Shown: positions 29,410-38,435 of the stretch, one piece after another | How the letters are laid out: each line of letters begins with the position of its first letter | How positions within the stretch are numbered: position 1 is the stretch's first letter | Assembly: GCA_965650425.1 (NCBI GenBank) | Contig: CBFGOS010000001.1 | Coordinates: forward strand, 1-41,782 | Origin: an uncultured Lysobacter sp. | Lineage (GTDB): Bacteria; Pseudomonadota; Gammaproteobacteria; Xanthomonadales; Xanthomonadaceae | Direction of reading: 5' to 3' | DNA: 41,782 nucleotides | Translations under genes and position numbers: made by a program | The notes under the pieces: generated by a model | What the model was told of the DNA's origin: nothing | The model's database searches: none | What the model saw: only the letters and a program-made list of their open reading frames with translations

Positions 29410-29433
29410 CGGGCGGCTGCCAGGGCGGGCGAG

Positions 29434-30363
29434 TCAGCGGCCCCCGGCAATGCGCAGCGGCCCGCCGGGGCCGCTCATCCGGAACCGGATCGACTCCAGC
29501 CGCATGCCGCGATTGACCTGTACGGCGAAGTGCAGGTGTGGGCCCGTCGTGAACCCGGTATTGCCTGAGAGCCCGATCTGCTGGCCGGCGGCGACGCGCT
29601 GGCCCACGCGCACCAGCACGCCCTCGCTCTTGAGGTGTGCGTACAGGCCCATGCTGCCGTCGTCGTGGACGATGCGCACGAAATTGGCCCGCCCGCCGTA
29701 CTTCTCCTGGTTCAGTCCGGCTTTCTCGAAGTCCGACTCCACCTGCATCACGGTACCCGCGCGCGCCGCGAGCACAGGAGTGCCCACCGGGGCGGCAAAG
29801 TCGACCGCGTAGCGGTTCTGCAGGTCGCTGTGGCTGAAGCTGCCGCCAAACCCCTGGTCGATGCGGAACTGGCTCTGGCGCAGCGGCAGCCGGTACTCGA
29901 CATCCAAGGGGCGGGCGCCGGGATCACCCGGCACGCTGTCCATCGCCAGTTCGAAATCGCCGCCACGGCTTGGATCGGCCACGTTGAGGGTGGTGACCAA
30001 GGTGCTGTTGCGAGCGGACACGACCTTGCGCGTGGGCAGGTGCGGGCTTCCTGCGACGTTGTTGACCCGGTTGAAATCCAGCGCCACCTCGATCGGGCCG
30101 CCCAGCGCATTGTCCGCCCAGGCCAGATAGCGGTCGCCGGAACGCTCCACGCGCAGGCGGGCGATAGCGGAGGGCTGGGCCGACACCGGGCTGACGATGA
30201 TGCGCGCTGGCGCGGCCGTGGCGCCTTGCGGTACGTGGTCGCCGTAGTGCGTGACGCCGTTGCGATCCGTCCACTTGTACACCTTGGCCGCGTGGGCGAC
30301 GCAGGCGCTGCCGATCAGGATCGCCGCAGCGGCCCACAGGGTCGGACGCTTCGAACAGGCCAT
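29434..30363 (-). CDS. M23 metallopeptidase with N-terminal DUF4124-like domain
   Basis: Signal peptide, VYKWTDRNGVTHYGD, H...AVDF, YAHL, GNTGFTTGPHLHF. Confidence 0.88.
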   Translation of the reverse strand: MACSKRPTLWAAAAILIGSACVAHAAKVYKWTDRNGVTHYGDHVPQGATAAPARIIVSPVSAQPSAIARLRVERSGDRYLAWADNALGGPIEVALDFNRVNNVAGSPHLPTRKVVSARNSTLVTTLNVADPSRGGDFELAMDSVPGDPGARPLDVEYRLPLRQSQFRIDQGFGGSFSHSDLQNRYAVDFAAPVGTPVLAARAGTVMQVESDFEKAGLNQEKYGGRANFVRIVHDDGSMGLYAHLKSEGVLVRVGQRVAAGQQIGLSGNTGFTTGPHLHFAVQVNRGMRLESIRFRMSGPGGPLRIAGGR

Positions 30364-30365
30364 GG

Positions 30366-31475
30366 TCAGCGCGTGCAATCAGCGGGCAGGTTGAACACGC
30401 GCGCGACCTCTTGCAGGTCGAACGCGGCGACCGCCTTGTCGTCGTGTACAGCAAACAATGCGCCGGCCGGAAAGGCCGCAGTCGTCGCCGCATGCAGGGC
30501 GATGCCATCCGTGTACGCGGTCACGTCGCCACGGAAACTGCCCACTGGCTTGAGCGTATGGCGCTCGAACAGGTGGAAGATCGCACGCGGCGCCAACTGA
30601 TCGACGGCAATCCAATAGCCGGCGTCGCCTTGGCACCGCCATAGCGCAATGCCCTCCGCTTCCGCGCCAAAGCTTGCCTCGGGCAGTCGGCGGCCAGTGT
30701 ACTGGCCCTCAAAGGTGTACTCGCGCAGCGTCGACAGGTGGCGGCGGTCTTCGTCGGCGATCAGCAGGCGGCGCGTGACCGGGTCGCCTGCGATCGACTC
30801 CACCATGCGAAGGGCGGTGTCCGGGTGCGTTTCGCCGAACGAGCCGGTATATCGGGCTTGCACGGAGTCGCCATTCTCGACGTTGACACGGAAGCGCCGC
30901 ACGCGCTGGTTCAATTCCTCGAAGGGCGGGACTACGTCATAACGAGCACCGTTCATGAAACTGTCGGTGACATAGACGTCGAACTCACCCGGCGCGGCCT
31001 CGTCCACCCACAGGCCATACGGGCTGCGTAGCCGGTCGGCGCCGAACATGCCGGCGGGCGTGAACTCCGGCAGCGTGAACACCTGAACGCGGTGGTTGTC
31101 GCGTTCCACCACGAACAGCAGGTCGCCTTGCACGGCGACGCCATTGGGTCGGTTGAACTGCGCGATGCCCTTGCCAGGTTCGCCGAAGCTGCGCATCTGT
31201 GCGCCGGTATCGCCATCGAGCACGAGCAGGCGATGGGAGGTCTTGGCAGTGGCGATGACCCAGGTGCGTCCGTCTTCGGCGGGCCAGGTCGCGAGGGAAT
31301 CGAGCTCCTCGCCCAGAGCTTCCGGTGAGACAAACGTCTCGGGAATCAACTGCGCCTCAGGCGCCGCAACATGGCGGGCGTGGTCACTGGTGGCGGAGGA
31401 GTTCCGGACCGGTGCGGTGGAGCAGCCTGCCAGGGTGGCCACCAACAGGGCGGTCAGGACGGTACGTGGGTGCAT
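30366..31475 (-). CDS. beta-propeller phytase-like lipoprotein
   Basis: LAGC lipobox; ELDSLA, RPNGVA, AEGIALW, TDGIAL, AVHDD. Confidence 0.75.
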   Translation of the reverse strand: MHPRTVLTALLVATLAGCSTAPVRNSSATSDHARHVAAPEAQLIPETFVSPEALGEELDSLATWPAEDGRTWVIATAKTSHRLLVLDGDTGAQMRSFGEPGKGIAQFNRPNGVAVQGDLLFVVERDNHRVQVFTLPEFTPAGMFGADRLRSPYGLWVDEAAPGEFDVYVTDSFMNGARYDVVPPFEELNQRVRRFRVNVENGDSVQARYTGSFGETHPDTALRMVESIAGDPVTRRLLIADEDRRHLSTLREYTFEGQYTGRRLPEASFGAEAEGIALWRCQGDAGYWIAVDQLAPRAIFHLFERHTLKPVGSFRGDVTAYTDGIALHAATTAAFPAGALFAVHDDKAVAAFDLQEVARVFNLPADCTR

Positions 31476-31534
31476 GGCGGGAGTGTAGCCGGGCGCCGGC
31501 ATCCTCGCTGGTCTGGCGTCATGGCCTTATGACA

Positions 31535-31587
31535 AATCGCTCTATGCGGATAAAGCGATTGACATGGTGCCGGGTGGACGGCAGACT
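31535..31587 (+). promoter_or_regulatory. met operon promoter with palindromic operator
   Basis: AATCGCTCTAT-GCGG-ATAAAGCGATT palindrome (31535-31560) abutting TTGACA (31559-31564)-N17-CAGACT. Confidence 0.7.
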
Positions 31588-31594
31588 GGCTCCA

Positions 31595-31706
31595 TCCATC
31601 GAGACCGGCTGAGGGACAGGCCCTTAGAAGCCGGGGCAACCCAGCACTGTGCGAGCAGTGCGAAGGTGCCAATTCCTGCGGTGACTTCGTGTCGCCGGAA
31701 GATGGT
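31595..31706 (+). ncRNA. SAM-I (S-box) riboswitch
   Basis: CCATC...GATGG P1, GAGGGACAGGCCC, GGCAACC...GGTGCCAATTCC conserved core; directly upstream of the met operon. Confidence 0.92.
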
Positions 31707-31784
31707 TGCGTCCAGTCCCCGCGGCTCCCCGCAGGTGACCGGCAGCACTGTCAGCTCGATGGCCCTGATTCCCTGGATGCCACG

Positions 31785-32819
31785 ATGAGCCTGACGACCG
31801 CTGCCACGACCACCAACCGCCCAGACCACGCGTTCGCGTTTTCCCTTTCCCCGGTTGCCGTGCCAGCCGTCCGCGGCGAGTTCACCGTGCGCCTGGCGAT
31901 GCGCCATGCCGGTCCTCGCGACGTGACCGTGCGCTACGAATTGCTGGGCGAGGCTGGCCTGCCGGTGGTGTTTGTCGCTGGCGGCATCTCCGCCCATCGC
32001 CATGTCGCCGCCAGCGCGGCGTTTCCCGATACGGGCTGGTGGCAGTCGCAAGTCGGGGCGGGGCGCGCCGTCGATCCCGCCCGTCAGCGTGTGCTGTCGT
32101 TCGATTGGATTGGTGCGGCCGGTGACCTCGATGCCGTCATCGATCCGGCCGACCAGGCGGATGCCATTGCGGCGCTGCTGGACGCGTTGAAGCTGGAACG
32201 CGTGGAAGCATTCATCGGTGCGTCTTACGGCGCCATGGTCGGCCTGCAGTTCGCGGCGCGCCACGGGCGTCGCCTTGGGCAACTGGTGGCGATCAGCGGC
32301 GTACACCGTGCGCATCCATTTTCCAGCGCGTGGCGGGCGCTGCAACGCCAAGCCGTGGCGCTGGGTGCCCTGCAGTGCGATGAAGCGCACGGCTTGTCGT
32401 TGGCGCGCCAGCTGGCGGTGCTGAGCTACCGTAGCCCAGAGGAGTTCGACTCGCGCTTCGAGACACCACAGGTCGTGGACGGCCGGGTGTGCGTGGGCGC
32501 GGAGGCCTACCTGGCCCACTGCGGGACGAAGTACGTCGAGCGCACGTCCGCCACTGCTTTCCTGCGCCTGTCCGAATCCATAGACCTGCAATCCGTCGAC
32601 CCAGGCCGCATCGCGCTGCCGGTGACGGTGGTCGCCGTGGCGGAAGACCGCCTGGTGCCGTTGCAGGACGCCCACGCCCTGGTCGAACGACTGCGTGGCG
32701 AAACCCGTCTTTGCGTGTTGCGTTCGGTGTACGGCCACGACGCATTCCTGAAGGAGGAGGGTGAGATTGCCCGCATCCTCCGCGCCACGCTGGCCGAACA
32801 CCTGGAGGAAGCAGCATGA
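31785..32819 (+). CDS. metX: homoserine O-acyltransferase, MetX alpha/beta-hydrolase type (probably succinyl)
   Basis: GGISAHRH, GASYG nucleophile elbow, LSYR, GHDAFL. Confidence 0.9.
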   Translation: MSLTTAATTTNRPDHAFAFSLSPVAVPAVRGEFTVRLAMRHAGPRDVTVRYELLGEAGLPVVFVAGGISAHRHVAASAAFPDTGWWQSQVGAGRAVDPARQRVLSFDWIGAAGDLDAVIDPADQADAIAALLDALKLERVEAFIGASYGAMVGLQFAARHGRRLGQLVAISGVHRAHPFSSAWRALQRQAVALGALQCDEAHGLSLARQLAVLSYRSPEEFDSRFETPQVVDGRVCVGAEAYLAHCGTKYVERTSATAFLRLSESIDLQSVDPGRIALPVTVVAVAEDRLVPLQDAHALVERLRGETRLCVLRSVYGHDAFLKEEGEIARILRATLAEHLEEAA

Positions 32820-34006
32820 GTTCCCGCAACGTGTGTACTTCGGCCGTGCGCGCCGGCATCGATCGCGACGTGGCCTTCGGTGCGGTGACGCCGCCGATCG
32901 TGCTGTCATCCAACTTCAGCTTCGCGGGCTTCAATGAGAAGCGCACGTACGACTACACCCGCAGCGGCAACCCGACCCGCGACCTGCTCGGCGAGGCGCT
33001 GGCCGATCTGGAGGGCGGCGCCGGTGGCGTGATCACCGCAACCGGCATGGCCGCGATCACCCTGGTGCTGCACGCCTGCCTGAAGCCAGGCGACAAGCTG
33101 GTTGTGCCGCACGATGCCTACGGTGGCAGCTGGCGCCTGTTCAACGCGCTGGCGAAGAAGGGGCTGTTTGAACTGCTGACCGTGGACCTGACCAATGCGC
33201 GTGCGCTGAGCGAAGCGCTGGCAAGCGGCCCGGCGTTGGTGTGGATCGAAACGCCGTCCAATCCATTGTTGCGTATCACCGACCTGCGCTTCGTCATCGA
33301 GGCCGCGCACGCAGCCGGTGCGATCGCCGTGGTCGACAACACCTTCCTCTCCCCGGCGTTGCAGCGACCGATCGAGTTCGGCGCCGACATCGTGGTGCAC
33401 TCCACCACCAAGTACGTCAATGGCCACAGCGATGTGGTGGGCGGCGCCGTGATCGCGCGGGAAGCGGAGCTGTACCAGCAACTGACGTGGTGGGCAAACG
33501 CGTTGGGCATCACCGGCTCGCCCTTCGACAGCTTCCTGACGCTGCGTGGCTTGCGCACGCTGGATGCCCGCCTGCGCGTGCACCAGGAAAACACGCAGGC
33601 GCTGGTGGCACTGCTGGACGGTCATCCGGCAGTGCGCACCGTGCACTACCCGGGCTTGGCCTCCCACCCGGGGCACGCGCTGGCGGCGCGGCAGCAGTAC
33701 GGATTCGGCGCGATGCTGAGCGTGGAGATCGAAGGCGGTGAGTCGGCCGTGCGTGCGTTCATCGACGGCCTGCAGTGCTTCACCTTGGCCGAGTCCCTCG
33801 GCGGCGTGGAGAGCCTGATCGCGCACCCGGCCACGATGACCCATGCCGCGATGACGCCGGAAGCGCGCGCCGCCGCTGGCATCAGTGATGGCCTGCTGCG
33901 CCTGTCGGTGGGCATCGAGCATGTCGATGACCTGGTGGCCGACATCACCGCGGCACTCGACCGCGCGTTGGCCGAGGCCAACTCCGCCAAACGCGTTGTG
34001 CGATGA
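32816..34006 (+). CDS. metB: cystathionine gamma-synthase / O-succinylhomoserine (thiol)-lyase
   Basis: YTRSGNPTR, ETPSNP, VVDNTF, HSTTKYVNGHSD (PLP Lys), AESLGGVES. Confidence 0.92.
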   Translation: MSSRNVCTSAVRAGIDRDVAFGAVTPPIVLSSNFSFAGFNEKRTYDYTRSGNPTRDLLGEALADLEGGAGGVITATGMAAITLVLHACLKPGDKLVVPHDAYGGSWRLFNALAKKGLFELLTVDLTNARALSEALASGPALVWIETPSNPLLRITDLRFVIEAAHAAGAIAVVDNTFLSPALQRPIEFGADIVVHSTTKYVNGHSDVVGGAVIAREAELYQQLTWWANALGITGSPFDSFLTLRGLRTLDARLRVHQENTQALVALLDGHPAVRTVHYPGLASHPGHALAARQQYGFGAMLSVEIEGGESAVRAFIDGLQCFTLAESLGGVESLIAHPATMTHAAMTPEARAAAGISDGLLRLSVGIEHVDDLVADITAALDRALAEANSAKRVVR

Positions 34007-35094
34007 GTGCGGTCGCGGAGGTGGCGGTGCATCAGCCGCAGGCGCTGCGTGTGCCTGCGCGGATCGCATTGCTGGGCACCGGCACGGTAGAGCGTGCCGT
34101 GCTGGAACGGTTGACCGCCTGGTCGGGTACACCCTTGGGTGCGCGCCTGTCGTTGGTGTACGCGGCGAACTCGCGACACGCGTTGGGCGGCCGTTTTGGG
34201 CTGTTGCCGGAGGGGGTGGCCGACCTGCTGCAGCACGAAGGCCAACCCAGCCGGCTTCCGGCAGTGGAGCTCGCACTGCAGGGCGGCACGGCCGCGCGGG
34301 TGGTGGTGGATGCCACCGCCAGCGAGGAGGTGGCGTTGCATCACGCGCGCTGGTTATCGCAGGGCATCCACGTGGTGACGGCGTGCAAGCTGGGGCAGGG
34401 CACGTCGCTGGAGCGCTGGCGCGCGATCCGCGCTGCCTGCGCGGAGGGCGGCTCATGCTACGGCGACAGCGCGACCGTAGGCGCGGGCCTGCCGCTGGTC
34501 CGCTCGATTCGTGAGCTGCGAGCGGGCGGCGACCGCATCCACGCCATTGCCGGTGTGCTGTCCGGCTCGCTGGCGTGGCTGTTCAACCACTACGACGGCC
34601 TGCGCCCATTCTCCGGATTCGTCCGCGAGGCACGCGAGGCGGGCTATACCGAGCCGGATCCGCGTGACGACCTGTCCGGTGAGGACGTGCGCCGCAAGAT
34701 CGTCATCCTGGCCCGTGCCGCCGGCGTGGAACTGGAGTCGGGCGACGTGGACGTGGCTTCGCTGGTGCCCAGCGAACTGGCGGGCCTGCAGAAGGCGGAC
34801 GTAGACGCGGCATTGCCCCTGCTCGATCAACCCCTGCGCGATCGGTTTGCGCAGGCCTACAAGGATGGCGAAAAACTCCGCTTCATCGCCCGCCTCGAGA
34901 ACGGCAAGGCGCGCGTGGGGCTGGAGTCACTTCCGGCCGACCATCCCCTTGCCGGGGGCGCAGGCACCGACAACCGCGTGGCCATCTGGTCGGACCGCTA
35001 TTCGCGCCAGCCGCTGGTGATCCAGGGGCCCGGCGCTGGCGCCGAGGTCACCGCCGCCGGCCTGCTGGACGACGTGCTGCGAATCTGCGGCTAG
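34003..35094 (+). CDS. hom: homoserine dehydrogenase
   Basis: VVDAT, VGAGLP, GYTEPDPRDDLSGEDVRRK, GPGAGAEVTA. Confidence 0.9.
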   Translation: MSAVAEVAVHQPQALRVPARIALLGTGTVERAVLERLTAWSGTPLGARLSLVYAANSRHALGGRFGLLPEGVADLLQHEGQPSRLPAVELALQGGTAARVVVDATASEEVALHHARWLSQGIHVVTACKLGQGTSLERWRAIRAACAEGGSCYGDSATVGAGLPLVRSIRELRAGGDRIHAIAGVLSGSLAWLFNHYDGLRPFSGFVREAREAGYTEPDPRDDLSGEDVRRKIVILARAAGVELESGDVDVASLVPSELAGLQKADVDAALPLLDQPLRDRFAQAYKDGEKLRFIARLENGKARVGLESLPADHPLAGGAGTDNRVAIWSDRYSRQPLVIQGPGAGAEVTAAGLLDDVLRICG

Positions 35095-35126
35095 GCGATC
35101 GGGCTAAAGGCGCTCAACCCGTGTCA

Positions 35127-35164
35127 AATAGCGAAGGCCCCGACATTTCGGGGCCTTCGCTGTT
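35127..35164. terminator. bidirectional terminator between met operon and sdaA
   Basis: AATAGCGAAGGCCCCGA-CATT-TCGGGGCCTTCGCTGTT hairpin. Confidence 0.85.
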
Positions 35165-35277
35165 CTATTGCCTAAGAGCCCAGGCGGTGCATGGCCCAAG
35201 CTGTGGGCTGCCGCGGCGGAGCGCTGTAGCACTGCCGGCGCAGGTCACAGGGCCGAAAACGGCATCACTGCCAGCCG

Positions 35278-36660
35278 TCAGCACTCGATCACGTTGACCG
35301 CGAGTCCGCCGCGCGACGTTTCCTTGTACTTGTCCTGCATGTCGCGCCCGGTGTCGCGCATGGTCTTGATGACCTTGTCCAGGGAAACCTTGTGTTTGCC
35401 GTCGCCGCGCATGGCCATGCGGCTGGCATTGATGGCCTTCACCGCGCCCATCGCATTGCGTTCGATGCACGGGATCTGCACCAGGCCGCCGATCGGGTCA
35501 CAAGTCAGGCCCAGGTTGTGCTCCATGCCAATCTCGGCGGCATTCTCGATCTGGCTGCTGGTGCCGCCAATGGCGGCGGTGAGACCCGCGGCGGCCATCG
35601 AGCAGGCCACGCCGACTTCGCCCTGGCAGCCCACCTCGGCGCCCGAAATGGAGGCGTTCTCCTTGTAGAGGATGCCCACGGCTGCTGCAGTCAACAGGAA
35701 GGTGCGCACGCCCTGGATGTTGGCGCCCGGGCAGAACCGGTCGTAGTAGTGCAGCACCGACGGGATGATGCCCGCGGCACCGTTGGTCGGGGCGGTGACC
35801 ACGCGGCCACCCGCGGCGTTTTCCTCGTTGACCGCCAGTGCGTACAGGTTCACCCAGTCCAGGGTGGTCAGCGGGTCGCGCATCGCGGCTTCGGGGCGGG
35901 AGGAGAGCTCGTTGTAGAGCGCCGGGGCACGGCGGCTCACGTGCAGCCCGCCCGGCAACGTGCCGCCTTCGCGGATGCCGCGCGCGACACACGCGGACAT
36001 CGCGGCCCAGATTTCGTCGAGCCCGGCGTTGATCTGATCCGGTGTACGCCACGCCTGCTCGTTGGCATACATCAGCTCGGCGATGCTCAGCCCGCTCTCG
36101 GCGCAGCGGGCCAGCAGTTCGTCGCCGGAGTGGAAGGGGTAGGGCAACTCGGTTTCGTCTGCGACGATGCGGTCTTCGGCCGCCTCGTCCTGGTTGACCA
36201 CGAAGCCACCGCCAACCGAGTAGTAGTCGCGCGTGGCGATCACCTCGCCGGCGGCGTCGTACGCGGTGAAGCGCATGCCGTTGGTGTGGAACGGCAGCTT
36301 CTGACGCTTGTTCATGATCAGATCGTGCTTCTCGTCGAAGCCGATCTCGTGTTCACCGTGAAGGCGGATGCGCTTGATGGCGCGAATGCGTTCGAGCGCG
36401 GCGGGAATGATGTCCGGGTCGATGAGATTGGGCATGTGGCCTTCAAGCCCCATCAGCACCGCTTTGTCCGTGCCATGACCGCGGCCGGTCAGGGCCAGGG
36501 AGCCGAAGACCTCGGCGCGTACGCGGGCCGTACGTGACAGGTCACCGTTCTCGACCAGCCAGCCCTCGACGAAACGTGCGGCCGCGCGCATCGGTCCGAC
36601 CGTGTGCGACGAACTGGGGCCAATGCCGATCTTGAACAGGTCGAAACTGCTGACAGCCAC
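35278..36660 (-). CDS. sdaA: L-serine ammonia-lyase (Fe-S dependent)
   Basis: [51 protein letters not shown]; GTG start with GGAG RBS. Confidence 0.95.
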   Translation of the reverse strand: MAVSSFDLFKIGIGPSSSHTVGPMRAAARFVEGWLVENGDLSRTARVRAEVFGSLALTGRGHGTDKAVLMGLEGHMPNLIDPDIIPAALERIRAIKRIRLHGEHEIGFDEKHDLIMNKRQKLPFHTNGMRFTAYDAAGEVIATRDYYSVGGGFVVNQDEAAEDRIVADETELPYPFHSGDELLARCAESGLSIAELMYANEQAWRTPDQINAGLDEIWAAMSACVARGIREGGTLPGGLHVSRRAPALYNELSSRPEAAMRDPLTTLDWVNLYALAVNEENAAGGRVVTAPTNGAAGIIPSVLHYYDRFCPGANIQGVRTFLLTAAAVGILYKENASISGAEVGCQGEVGVACSMAAAGLTAAIGGTSSQIENAAEIGMEHNLGLTCDPIGGLVQIPCIERNAMGAVKAINASRMAMRGDGKHKVSLDKVIKTMRDTGRDMQDKYKETSRGGLAVNVIEC

Positions 36661-36802
36661 GGGAATCTCCAACCAACGGTGCTTGGGGGCGCGGCATCCA
36701 GCCGCGGGCAACCCATTATCCTACGCGGGCTGGAGCCCGCCCGTTACGTGCGGCTCTTTCGCTGACTCCATACGCAATCGCATCGTAAGGTCGCCGCCCA
36801 CC

Positions 36803-37030
36803 ATGCCTGATCTGACCCTCTTCCAGCGCGATGACTGCCACCTCTGTGACCTGGCGCTGGAGGTACTTGCGCAGGCTCGGGTGCCCGAGTTTGAAAGCGT
36901 GTTCATCGACGGCGACGACGCCTTGGAAGTGCGCTACGGCACCCGGGTCCCGGTGCTGCGGGACCTGCGCCACGGCACCGAGTTGGAGTGGCCCTTCGAC
37001 GTGGAAGGACTGCGGCGCTTCATCGGCTAA
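36803..37030 (+). CDS. glutaredoxin-like protein (DUF836 type)
   Basis: 75 aa, CHLC motif, YGTRVPVL, WPFD. Confidence 0.85.
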   Translation: MPDLTLFQRDDCHLCDLALEVLAQARVPEFESVFIDGDDALEVRYGTRVPVLRDLRHGTELEWPFDVEGLRRFIG

Positions 37031-37578
37031 CGGCCACGGCGGGGCAGCATGCGGCGCAACGTGTCGTCGCGGCGGAAGAGGTGGTGGAACAGGGCGCCAC
37101 CCACATGGGCCAGTACCAACACGAGCAGCAACCAGAAGCCGGCCTCGTGGAGTTCTTCCGCGAGTTCGCGCAGGGCATCGTCCTGCGCCGCCAACGCCGG
37201 CAGGTTGAACAACTTGAACCACTGCAGGGGATAGCCCGCCGCCGAGTTGAGCAGCCAGCCGCTCAGTGGCATTGCGAACATCAGCCCGTACAGCGCGGCG
37301 TGCGTGGCCGAAGCAACCCGCTGCTGCCAGGCGGGCGTCCCCGGCAGGTCACACGGCGCGCCTGCATGGAGGCGCCAGGCCAGCCGCACCGCGGCCAGCG
37401 CCAGCACGGTCAATCCGAGTGATTTGTGCAGGGCATAGACCGAAACCTTGCTCGGAGAGTTGGGCAGGTCGCCCATGGTCAGCCCTATGATGGCGATCAC
37501 CACGATCAGCACCGCGATCAGCCAATGCAGTGCCTGGCTGACCCCGCCCCAGCGTTCGGGGGTGTTCTTCAGGCTCAT
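37027..37578 (-). CDS. cytochrome b561 (YceJ-like)
   Basis: LHWL, HKSLGL, four TM helices with conserved His, DDTLRRML. Confidence 0.9.
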   Translation of the reverse strand: MSLKNTPERWGGVSQALHWLIAVLIVVIAIIGLTMGDLPNSPSKVSVYALHKSLGLTVLALAAVRLAWRLHAGAPCDLPGTPAWQQRVASATHAALYGLMFAMPLSGWLLNSAAGYPLQWFKLFNLPALAAQDDALRELAEELHEAGFWLLLVLVLAHVGGALFHHLFRRDDTLRRMLPRRGR

Positions 37579-38261
37579 GGGCGCGTTGCCTGGCCGTCGC
37601 CGGCTTCGGACGGCTTTTGGGCCCGTTCGCGCGCGGCCGGCGTATCCGGGGCGGAGGCGGGTTCGTCATTGCGCGCGCGCACCGCTTCGGCCTCGATGCG
37701 CAACTCGACCGTGTCACCAATGACGCTGGGCCAAGCGTCCAAGCCGAATGCCTTGCGGCTGAGCGCGCCCACGGCAGAGAAGCCGACCGTGCGGCGGAAC
37801 GGGGGCAGCGGATGGCGTTTCACCGCGTTGACCGTGACCTCCAGGCACAGGGGCGCCGTCACGCCACGCACGGTCAGGTCGCCGCAGGCCTGTGCGTGTC
37901 GGGCATCGGTGGGCGAAACGGACGTGGCGACGAAACGCGCTTCGGGGTGCCGCGCGGTGTCCAGCAGGTTGGCCGCCTGGACGGCGGCGTTCCACTTCGC
38001 GTCACCAAAATCCAGAAGGGCGAGGGGGAGCGTGATATCCCAGCGCGTGGCGGAAAGGTCGTCAGGCGTGAACCAGACATGCCCGGTACTGCCGGACGCG
38101 ATGCCGAGTGCCTTGGAGAAGCCCGCATGCTCGACCGCCACCATGACGCGGGTGTGTACAGGATCGACGGCATAGGCCTCGGGCGGCTGCGCACCCGCGG
38201 CCTTGCCAGCCAGCAGGGTGAACGCCATGAAGGCCGTCAGACAGGTGTGGGTTGACGGCAT
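37575..38261 (-). CDS. YceI family lipid/polyisoprenoid-binding protein
   Basis: Signal peptide, YAVDPVHT, HAGFS, GDLTVRGVT, GFSA...LSRKAFG; ATGA overlap with cyt b561. Confidence 0.88.
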   Translation of the reverse strand: MPSTHTCLTAFMAFTLLAGKAAGAQPPEAYAVDPVHTRVMVAVEHAGFSKALGIASGSTGHVWFTPDDLSATRWDITLPLALLDFGDAKWNAAVQAANLLDTARHPEARFVATSVSPTDARHAQACGDLTVRGVTAPLCLEVTVNAVKRHPLPPFRRTVGFSAVGALSRKAFGLDAWPSVIGDTVELRIEAEAVRARNDEPASAPDTPAARERAQKPSEAGDGQATRP

Positions 38262-38435
38262 TGGCAGTCCCAGGGTCGTGGTGACGGGCCTGATTGTAGG
38301 CGCCTGACGGTTGCGCGGGCGCGAGGTTCCCGGCCGATGCCCACCGTTGGGCTTGCATGCCGCCTCGTCATCGCCCAGCCTTGCCGCGGGGAAGGCGGTG
38401 GCGTGCCGCTGGGGCGAGAGGCTGGGACTCAGGGG

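Noticed and set aside
31785-35094. Functional link between the met operon and the sulfotransferase cassette
   Set aside because: Separated by about 10 kb of unrelated housekeeping genes, and no PAPS-synthesis genes (cysDNC) are in the window
36768-36790. CCATACG...CGTAAGG imperfect repeat resembling the fadE operator
   Set aside because: Different spacing and a mismatched half-site; probably chance or part of the promoter
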